Of a stretch of DNA of 43,047 bases, positions 6,944 through 16,220 are shown in pieces. Each line of letters opens with the position of its first letter. The first letter of the stretch is position 1. The notes beneath the pieces were generated by a model that made no database searches, was not told where the DNA came from, and worked only from the letters and a program-made list of their open reading frames with translations. Position numbers and translations under genes: made by a program. Location: contig JBBKXV010000268.1 in assembly GCA_037969665.1 (NCBI GenBank), positions 1 through 43,047 on the forward strand, in the 5' to 3' direction. The DNA comes from Candidatus Altimarinota bacterium. Its GTDB lineage: Bacteria; Patescibacteriota; Gracilibacteria; 1-14-2-50-48-13.

Positions 6944-7210
6944 ATGGAAATCATAAATAGTGCGTGGGAGGATGAAGTACGAAGGGAATTAGAAAAGATT
7001 ATGACTCCCAAGGATATAGCGAAGTTGCATAAGAAGCTACTGACGTCAAGTAGTGACAAGGTAGCACTAGGGGCATTGAAAGAGCTATACGGGGTCGGGG
7101 GTGTTGGGAAGGCATCATCAAACAGTGTGCCCCATATTATCCTTAACATTGCACCACAAGCGGGGATCCCTTCGATCGTCGAGGATATACGGATAGGGAA
7201 CGGGGGGTAA
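6944..7210 (+). CDS. Small protein (88 aa); candidate small terminase or DNA-binding subunit by position only
   Basis: ATG start and plausible helical, charged composition, immediately upstream of the large terminase. The overlapping minus ORF 6883..7275 starts at GTG and is P/S/I/F-rich. Confidence 0.4.
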   Translation: MEIINSAWEDEVRRELEKIMTPKDIAKLHKKLLTSSSDKVALGALKELYGVGGVGKASSNSVPHIILNIAPQAGIPSIVEDIRIGNGG

Positions 7211-7310
7211 TGTTTGGGGGGGACTGGTGGGGTGTCCCGACGTATTGGAGATAAAAGAAATAAGATACCCCCCACCCATAATTTTACATCAAAAAACCTA
7301 AGCTACACCT

Positions 7311-9044
7311 ATGGTATCACTAGATGAAGAGTTGTTTAACGATGAGGATCACCACACGAATGGAGAGTTACGGAACTACCCCGTCCATTACTATGAGATG
7401 AGTGATGAGGAGTTGTTCATGATGGGTTTGTACCGTGAAGGGAAGCGAGGTAACAAGATTGTGCCTATGGGATCTCGTAAGAGGAGTGAGTTGGAGGAGA
7501 CCTTGGATGTGGATGAGGAGTTTTTAGTGGAGAAACCTGTGGCGCCTAAGGTGAAGAAGCCGAAGAAGGTACCTGGTGTTGTTGATGTGGATAGTGAGGA
7601 GGCATTGAGTGAGGAGTTAGCGCGTCATGAGGGGTTGAAGAAGGAGACTATTAACTTCTTAGAGTTGTCGGGTTTCCAGGCCAAGCAGATAGAGGCCCAT
7701 CTTCAAGCGATGCGGTATAAGTATGTGTTGTATGGAGGTGCAGCTGGTGGTGGTAAGAGTTATTTCTTGCGATGGCAGGCGGTATTTATGTGTATGTACT
7801 ACTTCCAGGTGTATGGTGCTAAGGGAGTACGTGTGGGATTATTTTGTGAGGATTATCCAGCCTTGAAGGAACGCCAGATCAGTAAGGTGGAGTTTGAGTT
7901 CCCTAGTTGGTTAGGGACGTTGAATAGGAGTGAGAGTGAGTTCAGGCTTCATGCTGCCTTTGGTGGTGGAGTGATAGCGTTTAGGAATTTGGATGATCCG
8001 AGTAAGTACTTGAGTAGTGAGTTTGCGAGTATTTTTATTGATGAGTTGACGAAGGATAAGGAGGAGGTGTTTCACTTCTTGGTATTGCTCCGTTTACGTT
8101 GGCCAGGCATCCCCAAGCATGATACGAAGTTTATAGCGGGGAGTAATCCAGGTGGCCCAGGCCATGGATGGGTGAAGAAGTTATGGATTGATCGGAATTT
8201 TGAGGGCATGGATAAGGTGGATCCCAGAGAGTTTTGTTATATCCAAGCCTTGTACTCGGATAATAAGTTTATTGACCCTGGGTATGGTGATCAGTTGAGT
8301 ATGCTGCCAGATGATCTTGCGAAGGCGTACCGTGATGGAAATTGGGATGTCTTTGCTGGTCAATACTTCACGGAGTTTAATCGGGATGTGCATGTGATAG
8401 ATGATTTTGAGGATGACGCCACGAAGAAGATTTTCAATGAGTTACCTGTGTTTATAGGGCTGGATTACGGGTATACTGCGCCAAGTGCGGTGGTTTTTGG
8501 GAGATTTTGGGATGGTGAATGGTATATTTTTGATGAGATCTACGTCAAAACCCATACCTATGAGGAGTTACGGGATGCGATACTCAATAAGATCCATGAC
8601 CAGGATATGAAGGTGGAAGCGGTGTTTGCGGATCCTGCTATATGGGCGAAGAAGGATAGTCCTACCTCTGGTGCGGATAAGATGCGGCCCTTACCGATGT
8701 TGAAGGCACCGAATGATCGTATTATTGGGTGGACAGTGGTGCGCCAGTTCTTTAAAACGAATGCTATCAAGATCAACCGCCGTTGTGTACACTTAGTGAG
8801 TACTATTCCTAACCAAGTACACTCAGAGCGCCGTATAGATGATTTAGATACGAATGGTGAGGATCATGCGGTGGATGCGTTACGGTATTTACTCCTCTCG
8901 TATAAGAACCGTGTCCATCAAGACAGTCCCTTGACATACCTAGGTGGTTCTGTGGATAGTGAGAGTGATTTAGAATCGTTATTTGATACCGACGACGATG
9001 AGTTTACAACGTTAGACGGAATGGGATTCTTCTATACAACATAA
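7311..9044 (+). CDS. terL: Terminase large subunit
   Basis: Walker A YGGAAGGGKSY and Walker B-like IFIDELT. 577 aa, followed by the portal gene. Confidence 0.93.
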   Translation: MVSLDEELFNDEDHHTNGELRNYPVHYYEMSDEELFMMGLYREGKRGNKIVPMGSRKRSELEETLDVDEEFLVEKPVAPKVKKPKKVPGVVDVDSEEALSEELARHEGLKKETINFLELSGFQAKQIEAHLQAMRYKYVLYGGAAGGGKSYFLRWQAVFMCMYYFQVYGAKGVRVGLFCEDYPALKERQISKVEFEFPSWLGTLNRSESEFRLHAAFGGGVIAFRNLDDPSKYLSSEFASIFIDELTKDKEEVFHFLVLLRLRWPGIPKHDTKFIAGSNPGGPGHGWVKKLWIDRNFEGMDKVDPREFCYIQALYSDNKFIDPGYGDQLSMLPDDLAKAYRDGNWDVFAGQYFTEFNRDVHVIDDFEDDATKKIFNELPVFIGLDYGYTAPSAVVFGRFWDGEWYIFDEIYVKTHTYEELRDAILNKIHDQDMKVEAVFADPAIWAKKDSPTSGADKMRPLPMLKAPNDRIIGWTVVRQFFKTNAIKINRRCVHLVSTIPNQVHSERRIDDLDTNGEDHAVDALRYLLLSYKNRVHQDSPLTYLGGSVDSESDLESLFDTDDDEFTTLDGMGFFYTT

Positions 9045-9054
9045 TACTGGTTTT

Positions 9055-11286
9055 ATGGCGAAAATGTCGTCGAAGAAATTCGAAGAAGACTACCTCAACC
9101 AAGGCTCAGAGTCTTCAGGAGGTGGTTTAGATGAGGGTGCGTCACAAGTGATGCAGCGTTTTACTCAGATGAGTGTACCGAAGCAGAACCGTCGTGAAAC
9201 ATGGGCTGGTGTACAACGATTGATGTACCCAAACAACCTTCACTGGATTGTTACTGGTGAGAGTTTCAACGGGCCTATACGTTTCCCGTCCTTACGAGAT
9301 ATGGTGAATGCCTTAGTCGACAAGTATATGGAGAATATGCCTGAGGCTATTATTAAACCGTACTACGATGAGGATAAGAACCTCTTGATTGCAAAGAAGG
9401 CCTATATCGACTACTTGAAACGTCAACCTTGGTACAAGACAGCCAGAAGGCGTGCCATTTTAGATATGATGATGTTTGGTGATGGGTTTCTTCAAGGAGA
9501 CTTCACCCATATCCAGAGAAAACTCCCAAAGACCAACGATGGTAAACGAGAAATGATTGACACTACACTCTTTCGTGATGTGAGTATCCGTCACGTAGGG
9601 TATCGGAATATGTTTATGGATGAAACAGCTCTTAGTCTCCAAGATCCCTTAGGGAATACGGGTGCGAGAGACTGTATTATCCGTCATTATGTACCCTATA
9701 GTCGGTATATGAACGAACTTGCTCCTCGTATGGGCTTTAGCACCAAGGGAGTGATGGCTACACCGTTTATTCCTGCAGAGAACGAGGATTTCTTGGTGAC
9801 GAATGACCGTGAGGTATGGGAGAAGTCCACGGTGGAGATGGTGAAGCTGTATGAGTATATGAATCCTGAGCAGGACTTGTATCGCGTTGTGGTGAATAAC
9901 GAAACGAAGTTTGAGGGGAGTCTTTTTGAGGCAAAAGGCACAAGTTGTATAGATGTCGTCCAATATAAGTTTGAACCACGGAACGATTCATCATGGAGTA
10001 CCTGTTTAGCTGAGTGGATTGCGCCGATGATTGACGCAAAAGACCAGGTATTCACCCTAGAGATGATGAACCTCAAGTTAACGCTCCAGCCTGTATTGGC
10101 AATGAGTGGTGACTTTGGATATAACCCACGTGCACATAAACTCCAGCCAGGTGCTATATGGAGAGCAGGAGGACAACTCCAAGGGAAGGTAGGTGATAGT
10201 ATTTCTCCTATTATTGCGGGTAATCCCAACACACGATCCTACGAGATGCTCCAGAAACTGGAGAGTGAGATGACTATGACGTCACGTGCTGATCTTCGGA
10301 ACCTGAATTTCTCTCAAGAACAGACAGCCACACAGACTATGGCTATTCAGTCATCACAAGAACTCCATAGTTCTACCATCACGACGATCAATGAGGTGGA
10401 GGCTGAAACATACCTCACACGTATCTTGATTGAGAAGATGGAGGCATTTATGACGGATGACACCACTGCACAAGAGAAGCGTCGTAAGATCCCTATTAAG
10501 AACTACCGTGTACGGCAAGCTGATACAGGAGAGTCCATGTTCTTTAATAAGAATGGCTACGAGGATTCTTTCTACATGACGAACCCAATGTTCAATGTTC
10601 CGTGTAGAGTAGAAGTTCTTGATAAGCGTAGCGAGAAGGCTGCTGGTATTGAGCAACTCGGTCGTTGGATGCAGTTCATCCCTATGTTGACGAACATCAT
10701 GCAGATTGATCCAGAGATTGCAAAGACCATCAACCTTGGTGGAGTCCTTGAGCAAGTGGTTGAAGGTATCGGTCTTGAGCACTCTCGTACCTTTACGGAT
10801 GATGATGCTATTTATGAGGATGAGTTTGCGATGTTACGAGAAGAGATTGAGTTTGGAAATATTGTTGAGTTACCAAAGAATGAGAGTCGTAAGGAAAGTT
10901 ACGCTCGTATGCGGTTCCTCTTGGCAATGAAGGAAGAACTCAATGAGCAGATGGACAGTAAGGAGGGACGTGATATTAAGAACGCTTTCTACCATGTGTT
11001 TATGCAGGTAATTGAGAATATCAGCCGTAACCACTTGAACGATAAGTATATGGAAGAGTCTGGTGGTGGTATGAATCCAGAGGATCCTGGAGCTATGGGT
11101 ATGGGGCCTGAAGGTATGCCAGGAGGGCAACTCCCATTCCAAGGAAATGCTTCTGGTATGAGTACAGCATCGACAAATCAAGCACTTGGTGGTTCAATGG
11201 GTGCTGACATGGGAGGAGCTGGAGGAAAGACGATGCCTCAACCAGATCAATCAGTCCTCAATCCTTCTGGTCGTGAACTTATTTAA
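9055..11286 (+). CDS. Portal protein (743 aa) with a Gly/Met-rich C-terminal tail
   Basis: Size and position directly after terL. Low-complexity C-terminus GGGMNPEDPGAMGMGPEGMPGG... Confidence 0.8.
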   Translation: MAKMSSKKFEEDYLNQGSESSGGGLDEGASQVMQRFTQMSVPKQNRRETWAGVQRLMYPNNLHWIVTGESFNGPIRFPSLRDMVNALVDKYMENMPEAIIKPYYDEDKNLLIAKKAYIDYLKRQPWYKTARRRAILDMMMFGDGFLQGDFTHIQRKLPKTNDGKREMIDTTLFRDVSIRHVGYRNMFMDETALSLQDPLGNTGARDCIIRHYVPYSRYMNELAPRMGFSTKGVMATPFIPAENEDFLVTNDREVWEKSTVEMVKLYEYMNPEQDLYRVVVNNETKFEGSLFEAKGTSCIDVVQYKFEPRNDSSWSTCLAEWIAPMIDAKDQVFTLEMMNLKLTLQPVLAMSGDFGYNPRAHKLQPGAIWRAGGQLQGKVGDSISPIIAGNPNTRSYEMLQKLESEMTMTSRADLRNLNFSQEQTATQTMAIQSSQELHSSTITTINEVEAETYLTRILIEKMEAFMTDDTTAQEKRRKIPIKNYRVRQADTGESMFFNKNGYEDSFYMTNPMFNVPCRVEVLDKRSEKAAGIEQLGRWMQFIPMLTNIMQIDPEIAKTINLGGVLEQVVEGIGLEHSRTFTDDDAIYEDEFAMLREEIEFGNIVELPKNESRKESYARMRFLLAMKEELNEQMDSKEGRDIKNAFYHVFMQVIENISRNHLNDKYMEESGGGMNPEDPGAMGMGPEGMPGGQLPFQGNASGMSTASTNQALGGSMGADMGGAGGKTMPQPDQSVLNPSGRELI

Positions 11287-11297
11287 CCACAGTTTCT

Positions 11298-11549
11298 ATG
11301 GAAGAATCCTATGAGTCTCAGTTGATGCGTAAGCTAAAGAATGGGACAATCAATGATGCTGAGTGTAGTGATATCCTTGAGAGAGGAGACAGAACTCTAC
11401 GCTTAGCATACGAGCAGAAAGAACGTGAGGGGATGCGTGAAAAAGCACACCTAGCACGTACCTATGGGGAAGGAGTATGGGACGGAAGAGATAGCCAGGG
11501 AAATAAGTTTAAACATATACCTATTCACGAAGTACTCGATGCCGACTAA
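11298..11549 (+). CDS. Hypothetical protein (83 aa)
   Basis: ATG ORF in the head module. Its stop overlaps the next start (ATGCCGACTAA). Confidence 0.55.
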   Translation: MEESYESQLMRKLKNGTINDAECSDILERGDRTLRLAYEQKEREGMREKAHLARTYGEGVWDGRDSQGNKFKHIPIHEVLDAD

Positions 11550-11868
11550 GGAACCAAAGAAAACACCAAAGCTCCCAAAAGAACTAGAGATTGATACAAC
11601 AGTCAACTCTCTTGCCGAAGGCCTTACGGGAGATCTCGCAGCATTTTTAGACTACAAGTTAGTTCTCGAAAGCCCAACACTACGTGAGGCAGCAGAGGAG
11701 TTGCTTCGTCTAAGGATGGTAGAGTCAATCGAAACAATCAAAGACCGCATACGCTCACTGAGAGACGCCTCTGAAGCAGAGAGACTTGCCAAGAGAATCG
11801 AACAAGGACAAACTACACATGAGAGTGTGGATGGTGCGGCTTCAATGGATTTTACTGATATATTTTAA
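11539..11868 (+). CDS. Hypothetical protein (109 aa from the internal ATG)
   Basis: The internal ATG at 11539 gives an 11-nt coupling overlap with the upstream stop. The track ORF starts at 11464. Confidence 0.5.
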   Translation: MPTKEPKKTPKLPKELEIDTTVNSLAEGLTGDLAAFLDYKLVLESPTLREAAEELLRLRMVESIETIKDRIRSLRDASEAERLAKRIEQGQTTHESVDGAASMDFTDIF

Positions 11869-11877
11869 TACACCACA

Positions 11878-12198
11878 ATGGCACAGACATTCTACATTGC
11901 AAAGAACGGTAAGGAGTACCTTACTGCCTCTGACGCAGAAGTAAAAGGGGGAGGATTAGTAGCACGACGTACTCCTATGGGAGAGCTTCGTGAGAAGGTT
12001 CGTCTTACAAAAGCAGAACGTGATGAAATTAAAAAGCGTAATGCTTATGAGAGTAATCAGGCTGTGCGGTATGAGGTCAACGGTTCATTTGACCAGACTC
12101 AAGAGGAGGAAGTGGATGTTGCAGAAACTGCACCTGCCACTGAAGAGAAGAAAGATGCCTCTGGTATCGAAGTTGACAAGGTTGTAGTCAAGAAGTAA
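11878..12198 (+). CDS. Hypothetical protein (106 aa)
   Basis: ATG ORF, followed by hairpins and an intergenic region. Confidence 0.6.
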   Translation: MAQTFYIAKNGKEYLTASDAEVKGGGLVARRTPMGELREKVRLTKAERDEIKKRNAYESNQAVRYEVNGSFDQTQEEEVDVAETAPATEEKKDASGIEVDKVVVKK

Positions 12199-12258
12199 CA
12201 TCCCTCCGTAGGAGCTTTTTCAAGAGGCATTGGTACTGAGTATTATGGTAATATGGGG

Positions 12259-12300
12259 AATAGCACATCTTTCTGTAGGGGAATGGTGTGCTATTTTCTT
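12259..12300 (+). terminator. Terminator-like hairpin followed by a TTGACA box
   Basis: AATAGCACA (12259..12267) pairs with TGTGCTATT (12287..12295), then TTCTT. TTGACA at 12299..12304 with a weak -10 AACAAT 18 nt downstream. Confidence 0.5.
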
Positions 12301-12358
12301 GACATAAAACCCTTTATCCTCCAACAATAAGGATGTTTTTGATCTTTACACATAGTTT

Positions 12359-13201
12359 ATGACAACCCCAACGAGTGGAGACTCTTCAGACGTGGATATG
12401 GAAGTAGCCTTTGGCTTATCCGATGCCGTTAGCGATGAAAGAGATACTACTGACGTGGAACAAGAGCAGTCTACTGACGTACTTCAATCTGAAGAAGGTA
12501 CAGAGAACCCAACTGCTGACGGTGATGAGTTAGAACCTTCCACTAATGATTCACCGGAAGAGTCTGATGAGGATACGTCCTCAAAGGAAAAGAGAAAAAG
12601 CCTGGAAGATGCACATCGCTTTATTGTCGATTTGATCGAAGATCAGTTCAACAGTTTAGATGCAGGTAATCTATCAGGAAAAGAGCTTCAAGAATGGTTT
12701 AAGGAGAATGAGACCTTTGCAGAAGTAGCGAATAGGTCAAAACGTATGAAGGAGCGCTATCGTTCTTTTATAGAAAAAGACCACACAGTTACAGCGGAGG
12801 ATACTCCAACATCAGATGAAGATGATGAAAATCGTCCGATGACGGTGAAAGAGTTTAAACGTCTTTCTTCACTCCAGCAGGAAACTCTACTGAAAAATGG
12901 GTTACGTCGAGCCGAGAAAGCAGAGTTTGAAGCTTTTGCAACAAACCTCAGCATAAAAGGTAATGACGCAACAAACTTGCGAGAAACAGCTGATGCTATC
13001 TATCGTGTGAATGACTCTATGGAGTATAGCCAAGCCCTCAATGCAGCACATCGTGCTCTCTATGCAGGCAAAGGAACACCTATACAAATTACGGGCGCAA
13101 ATTCACAAGGTGGAGTAGCTGAAAAACCAGTTGTGGAAGAAACTGTCGATTTGAGTGAGTGGTCAGCTGGTATGGATGCGAAAGCATTTGGTATCGAGTA
13201 A
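12359..13201 (+). CDS. Scaffolding-like protein (280 aa, acidic N-terminal half)
   Basis: Lies between the portal and capsid genes. The D/E/S/T-rich N-terminus and helical C-terminus are typical of scaffolds. Positional inference. Confidence 0.55.
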   Translation: MTTPTSGDSSDVDMEVAFGLSDAVSDERDTTDVEQEQSTDVLQSEEGTENPTADGDELEPSTNDSPEESDEDTSSKEKRKSLEDAHRFIVDLIEDQFNSLDAGNLSGKELQEWFKENETFAEVANRSKRMKERYRSFIEKDHTVTAEDTPTSDEDDENRPMTVKEFKRLSSLQQETLLKNGLRRAEKAEFEAFATNLSIKGNDATNLRETADAIYRVNDSMEYSQALNAAHRALYAGKGTPIQITGANSQGGVAEKPVVEETVDLSEWSAGMDAKAFGIE

Positions 13202-13235
13202 ACCATCCTTCGGTTACATCTAAAACTATAAAGAG

Positions 13236-13273
13236 TGTGCAAAGAGAAATTTATTTACTTTGTGCATTTTTTT
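13236..13273 (+). terminator. Hairpin plus T7 run abutting the next start codon
   Basis: TGTGCAAAG (13236..13244) pairs with CTTTGTGCA (13258..13266, two G-U pairs). TTTTTTT at 13267..13273 is followed directly by the ATG at 13274. Confidence 0.5.
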
Positions 13274-13735
13274 ATGAAATCTATAAAAGTTCTCAACACA
13301 GGAGTTGGAAGTTTCCCAGTGCCAATGCCATTCCCACCTCTCAAGGTGAAGTCTGGTACAGCAGGATCTATCCTCCCTGGAATGTTGGTTATCGTAGACG
13401 GCACTAATGCTGGATACGTTAAGGCAGCTCCAACTGGAACTGCAAGTACATCTGTTCGTGTAGGTATTGCCATTGGCACATCTTCTGAAACAGCTGGTGC
13501 AGACGGAACAATTACTGTTGAGTCTTCTCCTGAATTGGTTGTTCAGATGTACGCTGCAACTCCAGGAAATCTGGTGACAGCAACAAACCTTGGTAAGTAC
13601 ACGCTTGATGTTACAAGTGGTGATTACTTGCTTGACGAAAATGACACGACAAATGGATTTATCCGCTTGTTGAGTTTTGACAATGCAACAAATGGTCTTT
13701 GTACAGCTGTTATCAGCTTCGACATTTGGAGCTAG
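13274..13735 (+). CDS. Candidate head decoration or auxiliary capsid protein (153 aa)
   Basis: Immediately upstream of the major capsid gene. G/A/T/V-rich, beta-type sequence. The track ORF starts at a GTG at 13235; the ATG at 13274 is preferred. Confidence 0.45.
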   Translation: MKSIKVLNTGVGSFPVPMPFPPLKVKSGTAGSILPGMLVIVDGTNAGYVKAAPTGTASTSVRVGIAIGTSSETAGADGTITVESSPELVVQMYAATPGNLVTATNLGKYTLDVTSGDYLLDENDTTNGFIRLLSFDNATNGLCTAVISFDIWS

Positions 13736-13771
13736 TTTGGTTTTCTATCTATTTTTTGATTCTTTCAACTT

Positions 13772-14698
13772 ATGAGTAAAACGTATGTAGCACAGAATCT
13801 GGAGCAGGCTGACCTTAAGGTCAAGAAAGCCTTCGCAACAGGAGCTATGGGGTATGAATCCACATACCAAAAGGTGTTCAACATTGAAACACCACAGCGT
13901 TATAACGAGCGTTTTGTTCTCGTCCAGACTGATTCTGCTGTGCAGGAGGTTACGGACGGAGCGGCGTTCCCAACGCAAAACATTAAGGAAATTGGAGCGA
14001 ATGAGATCACTGTTGGTATTTACAAGAGTGCTATCCCTATCTCTGATTTGACAATGTTGTTCGACAACTACGGAAGTGTTGCAAAGATTGCAGCTACTCG
14101 TGGATACCACTTCAAGCAGAAAACAGACCAGTTGTGTGCTGATTTCTTGAATAACGGTACAGCAACTAGTGGTGAGTACGGTATTAACATCGCAGGTATT
14201 ACTACCTCTTTGTTCTCTGCTACTCAGCCTATCGGTGATTTGGGTCTCACCCAGTCTAACCGTGTCACTGGTGGTCTTTCTAAGACAACTCTCAACCAAG
14301 CTCGTGTATTGCTTCGTAAGATGCAAGACCATGATGGTATGATTGCTAACTATCGACCGTCTCGTTTGATTGTTCCGCCTGAGGAGACAATGAACGCTTG
14401 GCAGCTTACTCAGTCTCCCAACGAGCCTGAAAGCGCATTCAACAACTTAAATTACCTGGCAAAACAGCTTGGTATTGAAGTAATTGAGTGGCCACTTCTC
14501 GACTCAACAACTGACTGTTTTCTTATGGCTCCTAAGGGAGACGTGACAAACATGTATGGTTTGCGTCTTGAGGTTAAGGAGATGCCAGCTATCCGCCGTG
14601 TGCAGGATACAAATACGGGTAACTGGGTATACCAGATGCGTATGGTACTTGCTCCAGGTGTTGTAAACTATTTGGCTTCTGTAGGTATCATTACCTAA
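13772..14698 (+). CDS. Major capsid protein (HK97-fold type, 308 aa)
   Basis: Size, position after the scaffold and decoration genes, and a strong terminator immediately downstream. Sequence character is typical of HK97 or Mu-gpT-like capsid proteins. Confidence 0.8.
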   Translation: MSKTYVAQNLEQADLKVKKAFATGAMGYESTYQKVFNIETPQRYNERFVLVQTDSAVQEVTDGAAFPTQNIKEIGANEITVGIYKSAIPISDLTMLFDNYGSVAKIAATRGYHFKQKTDQLCADFLNNGTATSGEYGINIAGITTSLFSATQPIGDLGLTQSNRVTGGLSKTTLNQARVLLRKMQDHDGMIANYRPSRLIVPPEETMNAWQLTQSPNEPESAFNNLNYLAKQLGIEVIEWPLLDSTTDCFLMAPKGDVTNMYGLRLEVKEMPAIRRVQDTNTGNWVYQMRMVLAPGVVNYLASVGIIT

Positions 14699-14730
14699 TT
14701 CGGCACATTTGTTTGCATAATCATTGATGG

Positions 14731-14764
14731 TTCCTCTATAGTTTCTATAGGGGGACTTTTCTTT
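14731..14764 (+). terminator. Rho-independent terminator after the capsid gene
   Basis: TTCCTCTATAG / CTATAGGGGGA stem (about 11 bp with G-U pairs, loop TTT) followed by CTTTTCTTT. Confidence 0.7.
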
Positions 14765-14775
14765 ACTATTTTGAT

Positions 14776-15204
14776 ATGAGTTACAATAAAACGGCTACGC
14801 AGGATATTTACGCAGATGCAACAACAACTGTATTTACGTTAACTGCTTCAGCAGTACCATCAATTCCACTCTTGGTTGATTTTGATGATATTATCCACCT
14901 ATACGCTAAGTACACGCCAGGAAGCAATGGTAGTGAGCTGCAGTTTAGTATTGAGCTTTCACCTTTGGATAATGTAGAAGATCCTTTAAATACATCATGG
15001 TTCCCATACGGAACATATACAGCAGGAGACTTCACAACAACAACATTCAATAGTGGTGCTTCTACAACAGCTGGAACAGCTGTGTTTATGGCTTCTATTG
15101 ATTTAAACGTTATGGCAGCTAAGCGCATTCGGCTTCTTCCTTTGGAGGTTCCCGTTGGAGCAGCAGGAGAAGCAATTTTTTATGGTTCAACTAAAAGTTA
15201 CTAG
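14776..15204 (+). CDS. Virion structural protein (142 aa), function unknown
   Basis: ATG ORF in the structural module with beta-rich composition. Confidence 0.6.
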   Translation: MSYNKTATQDIYADATTTVFTLTASAVPSIPLLVDFDDIIHLYAKYTPGSNGSELQFSIELSPLDNVEDPLNTSWFPYGTYTAGDFTTTTFNSGASTTAGTAVFMASIDLNVMAAKRIRLLPLEVPVGAAGEAIFYGSTKSY

Positions 15205-15206
15205 TT

Positions 15207-16205
15207 ATGGCATCACTCGATGATCTGGATGCTCTTGTTTCCGAAGAACTCGGAACCACAGAGACACAGAAATACACACCAGACAGAAGATATAACGCTA
15301 TCAATCAGGCTATTCGTGTTATTTTAAAACGGTACGACATCCCAGAGTATACCGTTAAAGTATCATTGAGTGTTGTGAATGGTTCAGTAGCTCTTCCATT
15401 AAACTTTCTACGTCCTGCAAAACTCTATAAGAATAAACGCGCACCATATAGCCTTAAAAACTTTGATGCCTTTGAAAACGACATCCCACAAACCTATACA
15501 ATACTGTGGGACACACTTACAGACTCAAGAGTTATCAATACCTACCCACGTGAAACAACAGTATTAACGTGTTGGTATATACAGATACCAGACAATATGA
15601 CTGTTGGTTCTCAGACAGTACGTTTCAAAGAGTACTGGGATGAAGCTATCGCAGCAAAAGCAGCAGAACTTCTTATGCGCAGGTCTCGCTTAAACCAACA
15701 AGCTGGAGACAAAAAAGCACTTGCAGATGAAATGATTGCAGATGCTTGGCAGTCAGAGTCTGTTTCACTGCAAGGAGAAGACGATCTCCGTCTGACTTCT
15801 ATTTACGAAGACCGACCATTGCTTGGTTCGTATTCAGATTTTAGCTCCCTTTACACTTATACCGATATGGGATCATCAGAACAGTGGCTTGAGATTGTTG
15901 CTAACACTAATGCCCTTGTGAATTACGGCTATATCGCGAATAGCCCTACACCGATTACTCTTACACTCCCGCTTACTGCAAATATTGGTGATCGTATTTC
16001 TCTTTTACAAAAGGGTGTAGGCAGATGGAGAATTGTTCAAGGAAACGGACAGCAGATTGTCTTTGGTGATGTAACAACCACACAAGGATCTGGTGGGTAT
16101 CTTGAAAGTAATATTGGAGGAGATGCTATATCTCTTGTCTGTACAACAACAAACACCACATGGACAGCTGTACCAGGAGCAGTAGGAAATATTGATTACG
16201 TCTAA
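15207..16205 (+). CDS. Candidate head-tail adaptor or tail protein with a C-terminal beta-sandwich-like module (332 aa)
   Basis: Lies between the capsid and fibre genes. Function is a positional inference. Confidence 0.55.
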   Translation: MASLDDLDALVSEELGTTETQKYTPDRRYNAINQAIRVILKRYDIPEYTVKVSLSVVNGSVALPLNFLRPAKLYKNKRAPYSLKNFDAFENDIPQTYTILWDTLTDSRVINTYPRETTVLTCWYIQIPDNMTVGSQTVRFKEYWDEAIAAKAAELLMRRSRLNQQAGDKKALADEMIADAWQSESVSLQGEDDLRLTSIYEDRPLLGSYSDFSSLYTYTDMGSSEQWLEIVANTNALVNYGYIANSPTPITLTLPLTANIGDRISLLQKGVGRWRIVQGNGQQIVFGDVTTTQGSGGYLESNIGGDAISLVCTTTNTTWTAVPGAVGNIDYV

Positions 16206-16220
16206 TAACAACTTTGAATA

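Noticed and set aside
6883-7275. 130-aa minus-strand ORF overlapping the 88-aa plus-strand ORF
   Set aside because: It has a GTG start, P/S/I/F-rich composition and no leader motif. The plus ORF has an ATG, protein-like composition, and fits the start of the rightward operon.
9460-11181. Antisense and off-frame ORFs within the portal gene (for example 9696..10232, 10354..10782)
   Set aside because: They are embedded in a long, well-supported sense ORF, with unusual composition and no leader motifs.
11464-11549. Possible programmed frameshift between the overlapping ORFs 11298..11549 and 11464..11868 (TTTAAAC present)
   Set aside because: The TTTAAAC heptamer is not in the X-XXY-YYZ register for the upstream frame, and the downstream frame is +1, not -1. 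An internal ATG at 11539 gives a normal coupled start.
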